Of a DNA stretch of 64,000 bases, positions 59,776-64,000 are shown in pieces. The stretch is from Bdellovibrionales bacterium (GTDB lineage Bacteria; Bdellovibrionota; Bdellovibrionia; Bdellovibrionales; UBA1609). The stretch lies in contig DAHVQG010000006.1 in NCBI GenBank assembly GCA_027317865.1, forward strand, positions 64,001-128,000, read 5' to 3'. Position 1 is the first letter of the stretch. Every line of letters begins with the position of its first letter. The notes under the pieces are model-generated. The model was not told the DNA's origin, made no database searches, and worked only from the letters and a program-made list of their open reading frames with translations. Position numbers and translations under genes: made by a program.

Positions 59776-60645
59776 ATGACGGACACGAAAAACGCAATCA
59801 ATCCTGAATTTGTTGAACGGTATCAACGGCTTTACGAGGCTGATCCGAAATCGCGACTTTTTGCACCATTGGCTGAAGCTTACCGCAAAATGGGCATGCT
59901 CAACGAAGCCCGCGAGATCGCGCAATCAGGCGTGGGCTATCACCCCGAATTTGCCGGAGGTCGCGTTGCGTTAGGCCGTGTCCTCTACGATTTGGAATTA
60001 CTTGAAGACGCCTCAAAGGAATTAAAAAAAGCAGTTGAGCTGGCACCCGAAAATATTTTGGCGCACCAAATTTTAGCCGACTGTTATCTCAAGCTAAAAC
60101 AGCCGAAAGAAGCTCTGAAAGCTTACAAAATGCTCCTTTTTTTGAGTCCAGAAAATGAAAAGGCGCAAAAAGCAGTCAAGCGACTTGAGTCGGTAACAGC
60201 CGACGAATATGACAGCGAAGTTTTCGCGATGAAACCGCTTAAAGAAGCCGTTAAATCTTGGTCGGATCTGGATTTGGATTTTTCGGGCGATTCAACTTCA
60301 ACCGCATCGATTGCCGCGAAGGAAAAAACGCCACAAAAACAAAAATTTTTAGATCGCGTATTGAGTCTCGCCGACGCCTACATCGTACGAAACGACGTCG
60401 ACCGGGCACTCGAAACCTTGCAAGAATCGGAACGCCTCTTAGGGCCCGACCCTGAAATTATCAAACGGTTACGCTTATTGCACAATCGACAGCTGGATCA
60501 AGTGACAATTCCGCGGCCACAGTCGGCCAAGCCCGATCAAATCCCCAATAGAGAAGAACAACTGCGGACTGAAAAAATTGAGTTCTTGCAAGATTTGCTC
60601 GGGCGGATTAAACGAAAATCAGAAGAATTCAATATTCAAAAATAA
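59776..60645 (+). CDS. TPR-repeat protein
   Basis: DPKSRLFAPLAEAYRKMG, HPEFAGGRVALGR, PENILAH TPR pattern. Confidence 0.85.
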   Translation: MTDTKNAINPEFVERYQRLYEADPKSRLFAPLAEAYRKMGMLNEAREIAQSGVGYHPEFAGGRVALGRVLYDLELLEDASKELKKAVELAPENILAHQILADCYLKLKQPKEALKAYKMLLFLSPENEKAQKAVKRLESVTADEYDSEVFAMKPLKEAVKSWSDLDLDFSGDSTSTASIAAKEKTPQKQKFLDRVLSLADAYIVRNDVDRALETLQESERLLGPDPEIIKRLRLLHNRQLDQVTIPRPQSAKPDQIPNREEQLRTEKIEFLQDLLGRIKRKSEEFNIQK

Positions 60646-60657
60646 GGATAAATTTTT

Positions 60658-61224
60658 ATGCACGAAACTAGTGATTTCCGTAAAGGCTTGCATATCCTCA
60701 TCGATAACGATCCTTACACCATTGTCGATTTTCAACACGTTAAACCGGGCAAAGGCAACCAATTTACGCGAACTAAATTGCGCAATCTGCTTACGGGCCA
60801 AAATCTAGAACGTACATTTAAGTCGGGAGAAAAATTTGGCGTTCCGGACGTTATTTTCAAAGACATGGACTACCTTTACAAGGACGAAACGGGTTACAAT
60901 TTTATGGACCCGACAGACTACAACCAAGTTACTTTAAGTTCGGATGTCATCGGTGAGGCTTCAAAGTTTTTGCTTGATAATATGAAAGTAAAAGTTTGTT
61001 TTTTTAACGACCGAGCCGTTGGTCTTGACTTGCCGGTCACGGTTAATCTGCGAGTCACCCAGACCGACCCCGGATTCAAAGGCAATACCGTCACGGGCAC
61101 TTTCAAGCCGGCAACGCTTGAAACAGGCCTTGTTGTGCAAGTCCCGCTTCATACCAACGTCGGGGACCTTTTGAAAATTGACACGCGAACGGGCGAGTAC
61201 AAAGAGCGTGTCAGCATAAAGTGA
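60658..61224 (+). CDS. efp: Elongation factor P
   Basis: HVKPGKG, KPATLETG..VQVPL, IDTRTGEY..R. Confidence 0.98.
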   Translation: MHETSDFRKGLHILIDNDPYTIVDFQHVKPGKGNQFTRTKLRNLLTGQNLERTFKSGEKFGVPDVIFKDMDYLYKDETGYNFMDPTDYNQVTLSSDVIGEASKFLLDNMKVKVCFFNDRAVGLDLPVTVNLRVTQTDPGFKGNTVTGTFKPATLETGLVVQVPLHTNVGDLLKIDTRTGEYKERVSIK

Positions 61225-61254
61225 CCCTCACGACTCGCGCCTTCGGGAGGAATT

Positions 61255-62337
61255 TTGTCTGAAGTCTTCGAGCGTGCTATTCGAGATATGCTCCTAGATG
61301 AAGGGAACTCCGACCGAGTCGCGGATAACCTGTTGCATCGTTTACGTGCCGAGTCTCCGGGCTTAAAACAAAGACAGGCGTTTCTAGCATTTATTATAAA
61401 TTCCGGTAACGCCGAATTTGCCATGGAGTTATACCAACTTTGGTTCGCTGAAAAGCGCCGCATTCCATTTTACCCGTACTGCTACCTGTTAGCGCAAAGC
61501 GGATTTCAACCTCGACCTGAATTTTTCAAGCAGTTAATTGCAGCGCACTCCGCAGCTGAAGACTCGTCGCCTATAGAATACTTCTCCGCGTGGGAAGCCT
61601 CCTGCGATGAACTTCGCCAGATGAAAAAGCAATATTACGACGCCCAAAAAGCCGATGCGCGCCATCACTATCAGCAACAGCTTTCAAAATTGGAGTATTT
61701 AAAAATTCATCGCATGATCGATGAAGAACGTTCTTTACTTGAGCAACTCATGTTTGCTTATCCGGACGAAACCGGCTTGCGAAAGCAATATGACGATTTG
61801 CAGTCTCGCTGGGCTGATGCCGTAATTGCCCGCAGATCCGGCACAAATAAACCGGAACAAGCTCTTGAGCGAATCGATCTCAATTTAACTGCGCTTGAAC
61901 TCAAAACTTTATCCGCCATTTGTGATGGCTGGCTTGCCGCTGCACGCGATTTTGCGGCAAAAAGCCAAATTAATATGGTTTATTTCTTGGCGGTAGGGCT
62001 CTACATGTTAGAGCTTTATAACCCCGCCATTGAAGCTCTACGGCAAATTGAAAAAGACCCGCATTGGCAGCACGCGGCGGATTGGTTGACTCTCGAATGC
62101 CTGCTCAAATCGCGCCGATTTGCTGAAGCGCTAGATGCCGTAACAACAATCGAAAAACAATATGCAGACGATCCTGAAACTTCCTTTGGCGCAACGTACG
62201 CACGCGCGCTGGCGCTCGAAGGATTGGGTCAAAAAGCTGCCGCAGCCGAACTTGTACAAAGCATCGTTCAAGTACGACCATCCTACCGTTCGGCTCAAGC
62301 GCTGCTCCGCCGGCTTATGGGTAGGAGCACCCCATGA
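61255..62337 (+). CDS. C-terminal TPR protein (SgmX/Bd2492-like by context)
   Basis: YFLAVGLYMLELYNPAI, YARALALEGLG..AA..L....VRPSYRSA; lies between efp and a tamB-like gene. Confidence 0.65.
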   Translation: MSEVFERAIRDMLLDEGNSDRVADNLLHRLRAESPGLKQRQAFLAFIINSGNAEFAMELYQLWFAEKRRIPFYPYCYLLAQSGFQPRPEFFKQLIAAHSAAEDSSPIEYFSAWEASCDELRQMKKQYYDAQKADARHHYQQQLSKLEYLKIHRMIDEERSLLEQLMFAYPDETGLRKQYDDLQSRWADAVIARRSGTNKPEQALERIDLNLTALELKTLSAICDGWLAAARDFAAKSQINMVYFLAVGLYMLELYNPAIEALRQIEKDPHWQHAADWLTLECLLKSRRFAEALDAVTTIEKQYADDPETSFGATYARALALEGLGQKAAAAELVQSIVQVRPSYRSAQALLRRLMGRSTP

Positions 62338-64000
62338 ATTACCGACACACAATCAAACTATCACTTGCTATGGCCGGGCTATTTTTTATGCTCGGATTTT
62401 TCTACAAATATCATTTACCTCGAATCGAGCAGTGGCTGCTCGTTGAAATTGAATCGGTGAGCCAAACTCATTCGCCGGTACGGATCTGGCCAAAGAAATT
62501 AGAAATTAACCTCATCCCGATAGGCATCACGCTTAAAGATGTCCGGTTGCTCCCCCAAAAGAATTTGGCCGGCTATTTAAAACCCACTTCAGTCGGAAAA
62601 GTCGAATTACGACTTAATCTTTTTGATTTGCTCGCGGGGCAGATTCACTTTAGCCGCGTTACCATTGCCGATGCCACTTTTGATTTCAATGTTTCTCAGC
62701 GATATACAAAATTCATACTCCCCCATCAAGGGCGACCGAGCTCTCGAAAAAAAATCCCGTTGAGTCTTGAACGACTCGCTTCGTGGCCTGTTTCAGGTCT
62801 TCAACTTCAAAACATAACGTTAAACGCGAAGCTCAGTGACCCCGCGGTTCAGGTTCATGTCGCTTCGGTTCGGCTAATGGCCGAAAGTGAATACCGCTCA
62901 CTCAGAACCAACCTATCGGCACATGACGTGCAAATACAAAAAAATGGCAGCCCGGTAATTTACCGGGCCAACCTCCGCACTAATTTTTTGCTCGACCGCG
63001 AAGGAATATATTTCTCGCGTCTCGAACTCTCGCGCGGGCAATCTTTTGTTTCCGCCGCCGGAGCCATCGAAGGCAATGTGCTGAGCAGCGAAATCAAGAA
63101 AGTCCATGTTGATGTCGAATCAAAAGCGGACATGAAGGATGTTACTAAAATTTTGCGTGAAACAGATGCCACACGTGTAGTGCCTAAAATGTGGGGCCTC
63201 GCAAAAATTGACGGCGGTTTCGATTACAAGCCTCGTCGTCCAATTCACTCATGGTTTAAAGTTCAAACCGCTCATTTTGGAGTGGATAACATCTTGGTTG
63301 GCAATGCGACCTTTCACGGAAAAACGGACGGTTCATCAATACGAATGTGGAGTTCAAAAATAAAAAATATTTACGGCGAAGTCGACATCCCGCACGCCGC
63401 GCTTTCGCTTGATCATGATCAAAATTTAAATTTCGTTCTCAAATCCCAGAATTTCGACCTTCAGCAGTTTTTTCGCTCGCTCGATTTGACGGAAATTCCG
63501 GTTTACGTTCAAATTCACGGCAATATGCCGTGTTCCGGCCATTTAAAGCCGCCATTTGAAATTACTTGTAAGGGGTCGGCCGCAGGGCAAAACTTCTCAG
63601 TAAACACATCGGTTCAAAAGCCCGCATTTAACGTCGTTCGCTTGAATCATGTGGCGGCAAATGGCCAAGTGAGTGTCACTCCGACAGGCGTGAGTTATCA
63701 GGCCAATCTCCTCATCGGTTCGAAAAAAGGACAACAAAGCCAAGGCGAATCAAGCGGCCAAATTTCTTTTCTGCACGGGTTTAAGATTCAGTATTCAACT
63801 GACAAACTGCAATTTCAAAATGTCGCAAATCTTGCCGGTTTAGATGTTAAAGGGCTATTGGCAGTGAAAGGAACCACTCAAGGCAACAGTCAAACAGCGA
63901 CTATCGATTTAGCCGCAACCGGCGATCATATCGGGCTGTTGAACTATGAAGTCGGACGCCCCCAATTTCAAATGCGTTATAAATCCGGCGTTTTGTCGTT
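62334..64000 (+). CDS. AsmA/TamB-like large periplasmic beta protein (runs off window end)
   Basis: Not in the ORF track. ATG 62334 overlaps the previous stop; MNYRHTIKLSLAMAGLFFMLGFFY anchor, LNLFDLLAGQIHFSRVTI AsmA-like motif, beta-rich, open to 64000. Confidence 0.75.
   Translation, partial: MNYRHTIKLSLAMAGLFFMLGFFYKYHLPRIEQWLLVEIESVSQTHSPVRIWPKKLEINLIPIGITLKDVRLLPQKNLAGYLKPTSVGKVELRLNLFDLLAGQIHFSRVTIADATFDFNVSQRYTKFILPHQGRPSSRKKIPLSLERLASWPVSGLQLQNITLNAKLSDPAVQVHVASVRLMAESEYRSLRTNLSAHDVQIQKNGSPVIYRANLRTNFLLDREGIYFSRLELSRGQSFVSAAGAIEGNVLSSEIKKVHVDVESKADMKDVTKILRETDATRVVPKMWGLAKIDGGFDYKPRRPIHSWFKVQTAHFGVDNILVGNATFHGKTDGSSIRMWSSKIKNIYGEVDIPHAALSLDHDQNLNFVLKSQNFDLQQFFRSLDLTEIPVYVQIHGNMPCSGHLKPPFEITCKGSAAGQNFSVNTSVQKPAFNVVRLNHVAANGQVSVTPTGVSYQANLLIGSKKGQQSQGESSGQISFLHGFKIQYSTDKLQFQNVANLAGLDVKGLLAVKGTTQGNSQTATIDLAATGDHIGLLNYEVGRPQFQMRYKSGVLS

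Noticed and set aside
60658-61224. Unusual EF-P modification system
   Set aside because: Ordinary PGKG Lys-type loop, and no epmA/epmB/earP gene in the window.

Overview
A gene-dense, mostly core-genome bacterial window. Gene content and order suggest a Bdellovibrionota-like predator; this is an inference, not a database result. In order it holds: a partial 3-hydroxybutyryl-CoA dehydrogenase; a type II secretion operon gspEFGHIJKLMN lacking gspC/gspD; ssb; rel-rpoZ-gmk-yicC-miaA-mutL; several small outer-membrane beta-barrel genes; dut-M16 peptidase-pnp-rpsO-truB-rbfA-infB-nusA-rimP with a rimP-leader terminator; tRNA-Leu(CAA); a Tat-exported HiPIP; a membrane-anchored subtilase with a cytoplasmic PilZ domain; mreCD-mrdA-rodA without mreB; trxA; a receiver/J-domain/TPR protein; lptF; a divergent competence-like locus (dprA, TsaP-like LysM and TPR lipoprotein facing a split comEC, with a DnaA box between); ald; lpxC; ruvCAB; and TPR-efp-TPR-tamB-like genes. 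I saw no transposase, integrase, phage gene or CRISPR array. The best candidates for undescribed biology are the S8 protease-SGCG-TM-PilZ protein behind a sigma28-like promoter, the basic six-Cys HiPIP with its partner barrel, the REC-J-domain-TPR/pseudo-receiver pair, and the competence locus with a degenerate ComEC channel. All calls come from motif recognition by eye; no searches were run.
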